From Psammoneis japonica (Eukaryota), in assembly GCA_008632985.1 (NCBI GenBank), contig QPGO01000161.1, positions 124,001 through 167,401 of the forward strand: 43,401 bases of DNA, in the 5' to 3' direction. Every line of letters begins with the position of its first letter. The first letter of the stretch is position 1. The notes under the pieces were generated by a model. The model was not told the DNA's origin. It saw only the letters and a program-made list of their open reading frames with translations, and ran no database searches. The translations under genes were made by a program, and so were the position numbers. Positions 24,270-35,300 of the stretch are shown piece after piece.

Positions 24270-27200
24270 ACGGCTTTGGAAAGCAGAACAAAGCTGGAGC
24301 ACCCAGGTTCTAGTCTCCAATTTCGAGACATTTTCAGGCTATGCTGTCGCACAGCAAACAACGGGAATTTCACACGGAATGCATTTGCGAACACAGCACA
24401 TGCAACCAACCATGATTGGACGACTTTTCTGCACGCAACATTGTGGATTGCGAAGATTGCGGATTTTCACTGCACGGCTTGTCAATTGATTTTCAACCAC
24501 TCACAAATGACAAGAGCCATGCATCCTTGTCAGCTCATTTTTGTTTCGTTTTCATGTTGCAGCCCTCGACCAGCAGAGAGTCAGTGGAGGAGCAGCCAGT
24601 GTGAGAATTTTTCACTGCTGCCGCGGCACCCTCTCTCCAAGTCTCTTCTAAATCTGCCCAGCAATCTCTTTTCTTCAACCCCATCCCACAGTGACCAACA
24701 AGCCCCTGCTGCTGGAGTTGTGGAAGACAAAGCTGCTCCTGCATGAAAAAGAGGCCACCCCACAAAAAGCTTTTTGTGCACGCACACAGAGCAGCTCAGC
24801 AAAGGCATGAAGAACCTCTCCCCTGTGTCTGCCAGCATGAACATTTTGTTGCTGTCACAGCATTGTTGTCATCATCTGACTGCTGAATGTGCCCTTTTTG
24901 GTTCTTGTCTAAATCAAGCTGAACTGTCACTCTTGCTCTGCAAAAACCCAGGAGACCCAACGTGGTCAGATTGTTCAAGTCATTTGGCCTCTTCTTGTTT
25001 GAGTTTTCATTGGTGGCTTGCTCCAACTTTGCCAACTTTTTTTGTGGCCTGCAGCAGATTGTTGCTCTTTGGCAGCTTCCGCCACTTTTTTGCTGCACTT
25101 TGAGGTTACCAGACAGGCACTTTGGGGCTGGTGCCCACCCCATGACAGACCACAAAACTTTGAGCCATTTCTCCACCTCTAAATCCAAAACATGCAGGAT
25201 GGTTGTTTGCAGTTTGATGTGCCTGCTGGAAGTTTTTCTTGGGAGGCACAATGAATGACATGCTTGGCCCTCAACATTTCATTTGTGGCCAGCGTGATGG
25301 GCGAGAGGGACAGGCTTCTTTTTTTCTTGTTGGGGGGCAGCAGGGTTCTTGACCATTGCATTTGCTCAGTGTGTGAGTGGAGGGTTGCAAGCTTGTCTCC
25401 AGCTCTGAAAAGGTGGAGTCAACGGCAAATGAGTTTGTGCTCCATTTGGCCAACTGTCTTGCTGCAGTCTTTGTGCTGGTTCACTCACATGCTCTGCTGC
25501 TTCATGTGCTGCTGTCTAACATGTGCTGCACCGAAGGTGCTGCATGGAAGGAGAGGTTGTGTGTGACATGGCAAAACATGGCCCAGCACCCAGCACTTTC
25601 CTTCAAGCCCCTGCTTGCCACAGTGTCTTTGCTGTGAGATCTTGCTGAGATGGGCATGATGATGGATTTTGGCAGCTCTGTGAAGAGCTCTAAGATTTTC
25701 ACTCTGGCTGCCCCAGCTGAGTTTGGGGTGCATTGCTTTTTTGTTTGGCTGGCTTTGCAGCCACTTTTTGTTTGAAAGCCAGCTCAGCCCAGCATGATTG
25801 GCAGCTCCAGAGCTGCTCAAATGGGGAGAGGTGCACACACGTGTGTTCATTCCTTGTTTTGGTGCTGCAAAAAGCAGCAATCTGATGCACATGGGTGCCC
25901 CTTGTTGGCTCACACTGGGTTGGGTTTTTGAGCAACTTGGAGAGAGCTTTCTTTCTCAAGGCTTGCAAAGGTGCCAAAGAATTTTTCTTCACACTTCTTC
26001 AAGCTTGGACCAAAGTTGCCCAAAGCCACAGATTCTCTTTTCCTTGCTCAGGCTTGGGCTCAGGAGGTGCTGGCCCGCTCCTCCAAAAATGGAGCTGATG
26101 TGCTCTCTCTCTTTGTCAGCCCCACCTCACATTGTGCCCAACTTGGAACCCAAGCTGCAGCTCAGATTCCACCAGAAATCATGCACTGTGACACAAAAGG
26201 TTTGTTTCATCACCTCAGCTGTTGCTTTCAGCAGCTTGGAGCTGCCACAAGGAAGGCGCTGCACAATGAACATGGTGCTCTCATCACCAGAGGCATTGTG
26301 ATGTAAAAAAAATGAAATCTGTTTCACCGCGCCTCACCACCACCCACACCAACACCGACCACAGCAGACCCATGTTCCCCAGCACCCACAAAGGGCGGCA
26401 GGGACAATTTGAACACTGTTGAACGTTGTCAGAAAGCAATGCCATCAACATTGTCCAAAGGCAATGCCGTCAATGCATCATCAGAAAGAGGCTGTTTGTT
26501 TTAAGTCAGAATGGCACCGACCGGATGCTTGTTGCACCACTTGGGAGACACCAAAGTGAACACTGCAGAAAACTAAAACTCGTGTCTGTCTCCAAAGACA
26601 ATTTGTTTGAAGAGAATGTGAGCGAAATTCCTGGCATGAAACCATCCAGGAAGTCCTCCAACACGGACCCCAACGATGAAAGGAAATGATGATCGTGGAA
26701 ACTTGCCATCATGTGCAGAATTGTGCAGGAATTGTGTGCTGAAGCTGCAGCATCGAAGTGCAAAAAGAGCAAACACTCGGACCTGGAAATGCTGGCCACT
26801 TGAAAGACTTGTGAAGACCCACTTTGAAGCGCTGTGAAGTGTTGATCATGACATTGAACTGCACTGCAAAGAAAACTTGGAGGAAGAATATTGGCAAGAA
26901 AAACAAAGGATGAAACTTGAAATGGTCTCGACTCAAAATTCTGGCCAAATGCACAGAATTGTGCATGGAATTTGCACTGAAATGACTGACTTGGAAATTG
27001 CTGAATCATGCAGAGGTTGATGCAGAAAACACACTGACACATGGAAAGAAAATGCAAAGAGCTGCAACACCATGGCGGTGCCGCTCCCCTGAACGCAGAC
27101 ACAACAGAGCATCCCCTCCAACACCTTTTGGTTTCTCTGTCATTGACGCAACTGCCTGACGTCCCAAAGTGCCTGAAGAGTTTGGCATGCCACCACACTC

Positions 27201-27700
27201 TCACACGGGACAATCCTGCGGGCGCTTGTGCAGAATTGCGAGGCATTGTGATGCAGATTTCACCACTCACAATTTGATCACAAGAGGTTTGATTCTTTTG
27301 CACTCTGTGCTTTTTTCTTCTCAGATTTTGGCTCTTCTTCACCCGCACGTCTTCTGCCCACTTGTTTGTGACAGCGCCCCCTCTGCTCCATTGTGATGTG
27401 GATTTCACCACTCACAATTTGATCACAAGAGGTTTGATTCTTTTGCACTCCTGCCATTCTTCTCTGGCACGTCTTCTTCCCACTTGTTTGTGTCCGGGGC
27501 GAGGTTCTTCTGATGAGGTCTCTTTTGCTTGCTGGCGTGTGTCTTTTTCTGAGATGGTTCCTTCATCAGGAGTTGCAGATTTGGCTTCACCTTGCTCTCT
27601 CTCTCTTCTTTTGTCCCATTCCACGGTTTCCTCTTCCCTTTTTCTTGTTTGTTTTGTTCCTTCTTTAGTGCGTTTGCGGCCGACCATGGTGCGAAAATTT
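24270..27700. other. TpA-depleted tract of degraded, unassigned (probably repeat-derived) sequence
   Basis: Only about 14 TA dinucleotides by hand count in 3.4 kb. Many short Cys/His-rich ORFs and no recognisable domain. Confidence 0.6.
27245..27492 (+). repeat. Two-copy tandem duplication, period about 144 bp
   Basis: attgtgatg(ca/tg)gatttcaccactcacaatttgatcacaagaggtttgattcttttgcactc occurs twice, followed by cacgtcttct..cccacttgtttgtg. Confidence 0.85.
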
Positions 27701-27775
27701 TAGCTTGCTGTCTGTGCGACGTTCGTCATTTCGCCTTGATGCTCGGTCGTCGATCGTGCATGACATTTTTTCAAG

Positions 27776-28622
27776 ATGACAATGTTGAAACACCGCCTCT
27801 TTGCATCCCTCTTTTTCTCATTTCTTGCCTCACCGGCTGCTGCCAATCCATTATTGTTTTCCTCCAATGTCATTCAACTAACCGCGAAAAACTGGCAAGC
27901 ACAAGTCGAAGAGTCCGAGCACGCGGTATTTGTCATCATATGTCGTTCCGGATGAGGGTACTGCCAGCTGCTTGCTCCCGAATGGGAAAAGTTAGCTGGC
28001 GCTGTCAAGGGAACTGTCAAAATTGCACACTGGGACACTGAACAAAACACTAGACGACCGTCGTTGTTGGGTGAAATCAAGGGAACACCAACAATTCGTC
28101 TCTATGTTCCGAAACGGAAACAAGCCAACGGTAGCTCAACGAAAAAGTTAGTGTTGGATTATCCGTACGAACGAAAAGCTGTCGATATGAAGCGATGGGT
28201 GGATGAACACATGCCTAACTTTGTCGAGCCAATCCGTGATGGTTTGGCGGTCTGGAAAATTTCAAAACAAGGCCAACAAATACGGGCTGCCACAAGTTTT
28301 ACTCTTTGCGTCCAAACCCAACAAAACGCAGCCATTGACCAAGTATCTATCGACCGAATTTCGACGACGTTTGTTACTGGGACAAGTGGATCCAACCAAA
28401 CCCAACAAGGAACTTATGGACAAGTATGGAATTGTTCAATTGCCAGCCTTGCTTGTCATTCCGCCTAATGATTCTCAAGAGACTACTATCATTCGATACG
28501 AGGGCGATGGATTTACAAGAAACAAGTTACAGTCGTTCTTGTCGAAACATGCGCTCAAAGAAAAGGTATTGCCGAAAAAGAAAGAAGAAAAGAAAAAGGT
28601 TGGGGCAGACGGAGAGCTATAA
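27776..28622 (+). CDS. Secreted/ER PDI- or thioredoxin-like selenoprotein (UGYC active site)
   Basis: Signal peptide, then VIQLTAKNWQAQV...ICRSG[TGA 27953-27955]GYCQLLAPEWEKLA, continuing in frame to IKGTPTIRLY. A small indel near 28250 leads into a second Trx-like domain ending ...ADGEL*. Confidence 0.85.
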
Positions 28623-28668
28623 TAGCTTGAAAACTCGGTTAGGTAGGCTCGGGAGGGCATCATGATGC

Positions 28669-28733
28669 TGTTCTGTACTAGTCGAATGACGGTCTCGGTG
28701 ACAATAACATGTCCCCCAAGACCTGAAAGAACA
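28669..28733 (+). promoter_or_regulatory. Candidate eukaryotic SECIS element
   Basis: Helix I is TGTTCT/AGAACA. The core is ATGA (28686) opposite TGAA (28724). Helix II is GGTCTCGGTGAC/GTCCCCCAAGACC, with an apical loop beginning AA (AATAACAT). Confidence 0.8.
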
Positions 28734-29343
28734 TGGATATAAGTTTAGGCATTTTGAAGCACGCTTGCGTTTCCCTTGGGCTCGTGCTCAAAATGTCTCG
28801 TGTGTATCCATGCAATTGGTACGGAGCATCATTATTTGCCATCCTCGGGAGGTAGCTAAACCCAACGTTTATAAAATGCACTATTGTTCTTTTACCAACA
28901 CTTCTTTCAACTGCACTCTTTCAGCAGATATTATAAGAATAACGTGTGTGTGCTATACAAATCGAATTGGCGTACACCAACAACTTAACTGGCCTCTGAT
29001 AAGCTATACGCATCTATTCGAAAAGAGCCTACTTATTCTCAATGCGAAGGGAATTCTAAAATGAAAACTTTTATCCGGAAAGGTTGCTCAGCATAGATTA
29101 CTCTACTAGAGAACCTACTGTACAACTGTCACAACATAGAGTACTACAAACAGTTGTTAAAAGTAATCATTTCTATGTTCCGAGGCGGAATGGATTCATA
29201 TGAAACGAAATGAAAAATGAATGAAGACTCGGAGCGCGCTATTGGGATATCGTGATGCTTTTTTGGATTGCGCAAGAATAACAGTAGTGGAGGAAAACTT
29301 TTCTCGGTGGGAGATTGAGGCTAGGTAATTTGACCCACCTCTA

Positions 29344-29895
29344 CTACTGTTTGGCGGTGCCCTCTTGCACCTGTTGCTGTTGTTCCATTGTCTTGACTTG
29401 CTCCTCTAATTTTTGTTGATACTCCTTGACGGCTTGCAGTTTCTCCTTGTCAATGTCGGTTTCGACTTTTGGTTGAATTTTAAACCCAAATCCAAGTCCA
29501 CCAAAAGGAACAGGAGCTAGACCGGGTCCAAATCCCAATCCACCAAATCCACCACCTCCCAAGGGCTTGACTTCCCATTCGGAAATGATTTGCGTCGAGG
29601 ATGCCATTGGATGAATGACCAATGGTTCTGGAGGTGGAACTTGCGCAAGTAACACAACAAGCGCTAGCATAAACGATGTCAAGAAAACCATGGGACTTGG
29701 AGTGTGATGTCCAGTAGGGTTCGTACTACTTGTCATTTGCAGAGCAGAAGTCGTTGGAGTTGTGGACTCTTGTTTCGTTCTCATTATTGTGTGAGTTCGA
29801 ACTGCAATAACAGGTGGAACAAAGGAAGAAGAATGATCCACTGCCACTCCCAAGAGTATGGCTAGCAGAAGAGCAAGACGATGACAAGCCATCAT
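29344..29895 (-). CDS. Hypothetical protein with bipartite-type (signal plus transit) presequence, possibly plastid-targeted
   Basis: Hydrophobic signal ending SSS-FVPP (ASAFAP-like), then a Ser/Thr-rich segment, a second hydrophobic stretch, a Gly-rich motif and a coiled-coil tail. Confidence 0.55.
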   Translation of the reverse strand: MMACHRLALLLAILLGVAVDHSSSFVPPVIAVRTHTIMRTKQESTTPTTSALQMTSSTNPTGHHTPSPMVFLTSFMLALVVLLAQVPPPEPLVIHPMASSTQIISEWEVKPLGGGGFGGLGFGPGLAPVPFGGLGFGFKIQPKVETDIDKEKLQAVKEYQQKLEEQVKTMEQQQQVQEGTAKQ

Positions 29896-30495
29896 GGTTT
29901 CTTCGTTTTGAGTTTTGAGAACTCGACCATCAACCAACCTGATTTTTTGAAGATGCGCTGCAGCTGGGTATGTGTATTGCCTGATCGCGGATCACGATCA
30001 AACATTTATTCTCGACTCGTGATTCGGGCGTTTGAAATTCGATCAGTCGTGATAATCTTACAGTATATCGTGTAATCCGCCACCCGAACGTCTGTTGTTT
30101 TATATTCTTTCATGTCCAACACCTAAGTAAATGTAACATTTATGTGTCACAGGGCAATATAACAATAAAGAATCACTTGACAAAAGACATCCGAAGAATT
30201 TTGATTTCGCAGAGCGACAACCGCAAACAAGAATCGCAAGAACAGAGTTGCACAAGCCCTCTCTACTTCTACTTCTACTCTGGAGAGCTGGGAGGAGAGA
30301 CCAAGAGCAACCACCAACGCCTGCGTCATTTGTGCTCCTGAACCACACGGTGAGCAGAAAAGGGTCATTGTTTGCGTGTTGCAACATCACAATCGTTTGT
30401 CGATTCTGCACTCACTCTTTGTTTTCTCGTCAAATTTCAAATTCCGTCTTGCAAGGGGAGCTTTTTCCAGAAGAAAGAAGAGAAAGTGTCGAGTC

Positions 30496-32170
30496 ATGAA
30501 GCGAAACATTTCATCGACCCTGGTCATCGTTGGTGCCATCATGTCAATTGTTGAAACCGCAGCTCACATGGCTCCGGTGGGGTGCTCCAGAACAACAAGA
30601 ATCGCTCTGCACCCAATCACCATCCATGCGCCGACAACCACACGCACAGTCTTGTTTGTGCGTGACGCACACTGGTGGACATTGGCGGCGAGTGGAAACA
30701 GATGGGAAGTGACATTGCAGTTGGTGATGCTGGCGGCCCTGGAAATGTGGTCATTTCCAGTGACGGGAAGGTGGTGGCTGCCTCGCTCAGGAAACACATT
30801 GGCGTGCTGTTTGAGTCAGACAAAAAGAAATGGAAAGAAATGGGATCCAACCTTGAACTTAAACACAAACGCCTGAAAAATCCCAGACTTGCCATCTCCA
30901 AAAAAGGTGCTCACCTGGCCATGGCAAGTCACGTCGCGCAAGTCTTTAGGAGGGATGGGTCGGTTTGGACGCAAACGGGGCAAAACACAACCCACATTGA
31001 CCCTGTCAAAAGCCTGGGCCGACCTTTTGGCCTTGCAGCTACATCTGATGATGGGCACACTCTCGTCATTTCCTCGGAAGGCCAAGACATTTATGACGAT
31101 GATGAGTGTGGACCTTCAAGATGTTTCGTCGGCCATGAAGTCAGATTGTTCAAGTGGGGTGGGTCCAACTGGAAAGAAACTCACAGATTTGGTGAAAAAG
31201 GTTGTCCAGAGCAAAAATCCTTTGGCAGTTATGTGTCCATTTCAGGAGATGGAAAGCGTGTTGCGGTTTCATCGCGCTTGGGCCTGGAGGAACATGGACA
31301 TGGTGCCGTTCGCATTTGCGGGGATCTCGGAGGCACGTGGGACCGGCTGGGAAAGGATCTTTTCGACAAAAGAAGGATCACAGACTCCAGCTTTGGGCAA
31401 AACACTGCTTTCTTGCGAGATGGAAACCGAGTCGTTGTTGGCGATGCTTTTGGTGAGGGGTGCACTCGCGTTTTGGAGTGGAGTGGGAAGGCATGGGTGC
31501 AGGTGGGAGAGGATGTCGCAGGATCCAAGGACGTGGTTCGTGGTCCACTGTTTGGGTGGCTGTGTCTAGCGACGGGAATTGCATTGCCGTTGGTTTCTCC
31601 AAATTCTTCCGGAGCGATCAACCGACTTGGTCTGTGTCTTTGAACATGTGTGAATGGGATGGAATGGTGTGGAAGCAGAGAGGCAGTGCGACAGCGGCGA
31701 GCGATGGGGATGAGATCATCTTCGACTTTCTGTGTCTAACGATGGAGATCGTGTTGCTGTTGTGCGAAACTCAACCCAACTTGGGGTTTGTGAATTCGCC
31801 AAAGAAAACCCACCAACCAAAGCCGCTCGGAAAGTGAAAATTGACGTGAAACCCTGCAAGATGAGAAAGAAAATTAAATGGCGTGAAGGTGACATTGACG
31901 CCATTGTGCAAGTGGGAACAGTGGGCGCAAAACATTTTGACGTGTCGAAAATGAAACAGAGCTAGCGTGAAGTTTGGCAACGCCAGTCCGGTGGGAGAGC
32001 GTGTCACAAACTTCAATTCAGATGAGTGCATGGATTTGGTTCTTAAGTTTCGGGTGCACGAAACCAATTTTCGTCCAGGTGCCAACGTGAAGGTTTGCCT
32101 TTTGGGAGAAACAACGAAAGCCAAGAAGTTCAAAGGGTGCCAAAGAGTGATTGTCAGGATTCGAAAATAG
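30496..32170 (+). pseudogene. Secreted beta-propeller (FG-GAP-like) repeat protein gene, frameshifted and TpA-depleted
   Basis: Repeats WKQMGSDI..VVISSDGKVVAA, SFGSYVSISGDGKRVAVS and WVQVGEDV. Positions expected to be Tyr read Cys (VRIC, GCTRV). Confidence 0.7.
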
Positions 32171-32324
32171 AAACAGCTGGCTTAAAAAAAAAGACCCAGC
32201 ATGGGTTCATCCTAAACTTTGTCTCTGCTGCTGCTCTCTGGCAGAGTGGAATTGATCTCTAGAGTGTGTGATGGTGTCTGGCACTTCTCACCATGATGTG
32301 CGTGTTGCATTTCCACAGCAGCGA

Positions 32325-35300
32325 CACTCTCCATCGTGAGTCGATGCGTCGACCGTTCTTCGCTCACGCGCTCGCACGCACCCGAAGGTCAGACTCTCGC
32401 GGAAGTGAGATGGACGATGCACCAGGGTCGCATGTGGGCGGATTGTTGCAGTGCCATTTTTTCGCTCACACCGAACGCATGGGAATTTGGAATCTAAAAG
32501 GTGAACATTGTCTCGCTCAGTCATGATTCCCTCCCGCCGGAACACACTTTCCCTCCCGATGTCAGACAGAAGCAACTCGGCGCTTCGACCAATGCGCTGC
32601 GTGTTGCAGCAGTGTGGGTTAATCCTTTCATTTTAACCTTGCCACAAGACCCCACGTGTGTCATGTCTGCACGATGAATGGTGTCTGGATTGACAAAACC
32701 AAACTCGACTTTCTCGATTTGCGAGCAAATCTCCCTCCGACGGACCCAAACTCTGATCCCGACGGATCGCTTTCGAGGAAGCTTGCTTTTTGTGTGAAAC
32801 ATTTGCCAAAGCTCATTTTCGCCCCAGCTCAATCAAGACCAAGCCAATTCAAATGCGAAGTCAAACAAACAATGACTCGTTGAGCACGAGAACTGATGGT
32901 GCCTCATTCCGAGTTTGAGACATGCTGCTCGATCCACAAGGGCATGGCGGTTCTGCCAAGGGGGCATCGATGGTCGAAGACTTGCTTCATGTCAAGCCAG
33001 GTGAGTTGATGCTGTTGTGCATTCTGCGCAACAAAGAAAACAAGAACATCCATGACTCGTGTCAAGAAATGTGCACCCAGAATGAGCACCTGTTTTCCAA
33101 CTTCACCATTTGCGGATTTCGCAGCAGTTGTGACAGACGGGTTCCAGTCCCAGGTGGGACTCCGTGTGACATTGGGCCCGTGGAATTCCACGTGCGAGCT
33201 CCACAGTGCAAGAATTTAATTGGTGGATGTGTTCATCTTCAACATCAAATGAACGGCCAAGTTTGTGGCACAATTGTGCGTCTTGCCACTTGACGTTTTT
33301 GCAAATGCGCCTGCCCTGTGTTGTTCTTAAGACATTGTAGAATCGCGCTGCAACAAAAAATGTCAAAAGTTGTTGGACGGATCGCTCAATGAGTGCACCG
33401 TAAAATGACACAAAATGTCAAAAAAATCACCTAGAAATCTACGTGCGCGACATGCAACGTGATTCAAAAAACTGTCGATGTCACAGTTCAGCAGTGCGAG
33501 GTCCCACCTGGACCTGGAACGCGTCGACAAAATGAAAGTGATGCCAACCACCTCCAGATTCCTGTTGAGGTTGTTTCCAATCTGGCAGAGAACACTGTCC
33601 CTCTTCCAGGAGCTGCCGGCAACCCGTCCATGCCAAACCTTGACACTGGCATCAAAGTGCAATTCTTCTTCTCAAACTGCAAGAAAGCTCCAAAGACCAA
33701 TGGTGGCGAGTCATTGATTTCTTCACGCATGCATTGCAACACCATTTTCAGCTGCGTCGCATCAACAAGAATGAATTGCAACCACTGCCAGACTTCCTCC
33801 CTCTCTTTGTTGGCTCCAGTGCCAAAGCTGTCATTCGCAACAACTGCGGGCTGCTGATGCAGTTGCTTTTGGAAGCTGGTCCCGACCCGCAACTGTTTCT
33901 TGCTGTTGTCAACAATTTTCAATGTGTGCTGGAATGAAGGGAAATGAAACAGTTGAGAAGGCAAGTTGCAGCACTGAAATCCAAGGAGGAGAAAAAGGCT
34001 GCTGCTTGCCCAGCACTCACTCCTGTGAATCCCAATGCACTGGCTTCTCGAGATGCAATGGCAACGAAAGCAACTCCTTCAATCTGAGGCGACACCGCAT
34101 CGGCACAAAAGGCAGATGCTTTCCCGACACCCACTCCTGTTGATGCCAATGCACCAGTCGCTCCGGAGGAGACAAGACAGCAAATGGCAAAAGGTTAAGA
34201 CATGGAGCTCTGCACTGGTGGGTCTGTTTCCAAATTGACACAGAACTTTGACAATGTGGCGCGAGACTTGCTGACTTCTCTGTGCAGCAAATGGATTTCC
34301 TTTCTGCTGATGGCACATTGGACATTGAGGGGCTGATCACTTCATTGAAAAAAGAAGGACCACACACATGGGCAGCGGTTTCTTCAGCAAGAGCACCAAG
34401 ATCATGCGTCGAAAACAAAGACAGGGTTGTGATGCTTCACATCTTCTCGCTTCTGCATGAGCGCAGTCAACGCTTCCTCAGGAATGTTGCACTCATCCTT
34501 GCATTTGCCGGCATGGCGTGTGGTGTTTCTTCCTCATCACAAGAGGTGATCAGCACACTGCGCCTTGTTGCCAATCGAAAATCTGCAATGACGTTCATGA
34601 AGGACAATGAAGATGCATGCCGTGAGAATGTGTCTGAGCTTTTTCGAAAGGAACCGGCTCTTTCTCTAGCCTGGGATAATTGCCAACGTGGACAGCAATT
34701 GTCTGAGCAACGCAACATGCAAAGCAACCAGTTTGCAATCGCAACGAATGGTGTTGCTGTCCGAGAATGCATTCAGATGTGGCCGAAAGGTGCTGTTCTG
34801 AAACACAAGGACGGAGCCGAGTTTAAAGTGTTAGAGCAGGTTGACAAGGATCCCTCTCAGCACTGGGCAAAATGTTGTGCACGCCAAATGGATTCTCAAG
34901 CAAGTGAGGTCTTGACAACCTTGCCAAGTTTTGAGTGCAAAGCAAGCAAGTGTCCTGAGCTGGCCGAAAGGCCGTCCATCACCCACCTGACACAAACGAT
35001 TCCGCCGCCTTTGGGATGTGCATGGACGGCATCTCAATGCAAGCGAATGATGGACATTGCTCATTTGATGCAAGTCCTTCACCAGTTTGGAACTCACAAT
35101 GTCCTTGGGGAGCATTCGCTGCAACAAACACTTGCCCCACTCTGCAGCGAGCTGTTCCAAATGAGGGAGAAGATCTACAAGGAAGGGCTCGCGTGGAAAG
35201 GTTCCATCAAGAATGATGTTTCGCAGTTTCAGTTCATGGAAATCATGCCCTGCAACAAACGATGGAGAGGGGCTCCAGCGATGTCATGTTTCGAGTGTTG

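Noticed and set aside
1735..28260. Frameshifts in MenC (~1740), Fic (~10500), TIR (~15265) and PDI (~28250) as programmed frameshifting or pseudogenisation
   Set aside because: Most are 1-nt losses in or next to homopolymers in otherwise intact genes, which is typical of long-read consensus error. Reads are needed to be sure.
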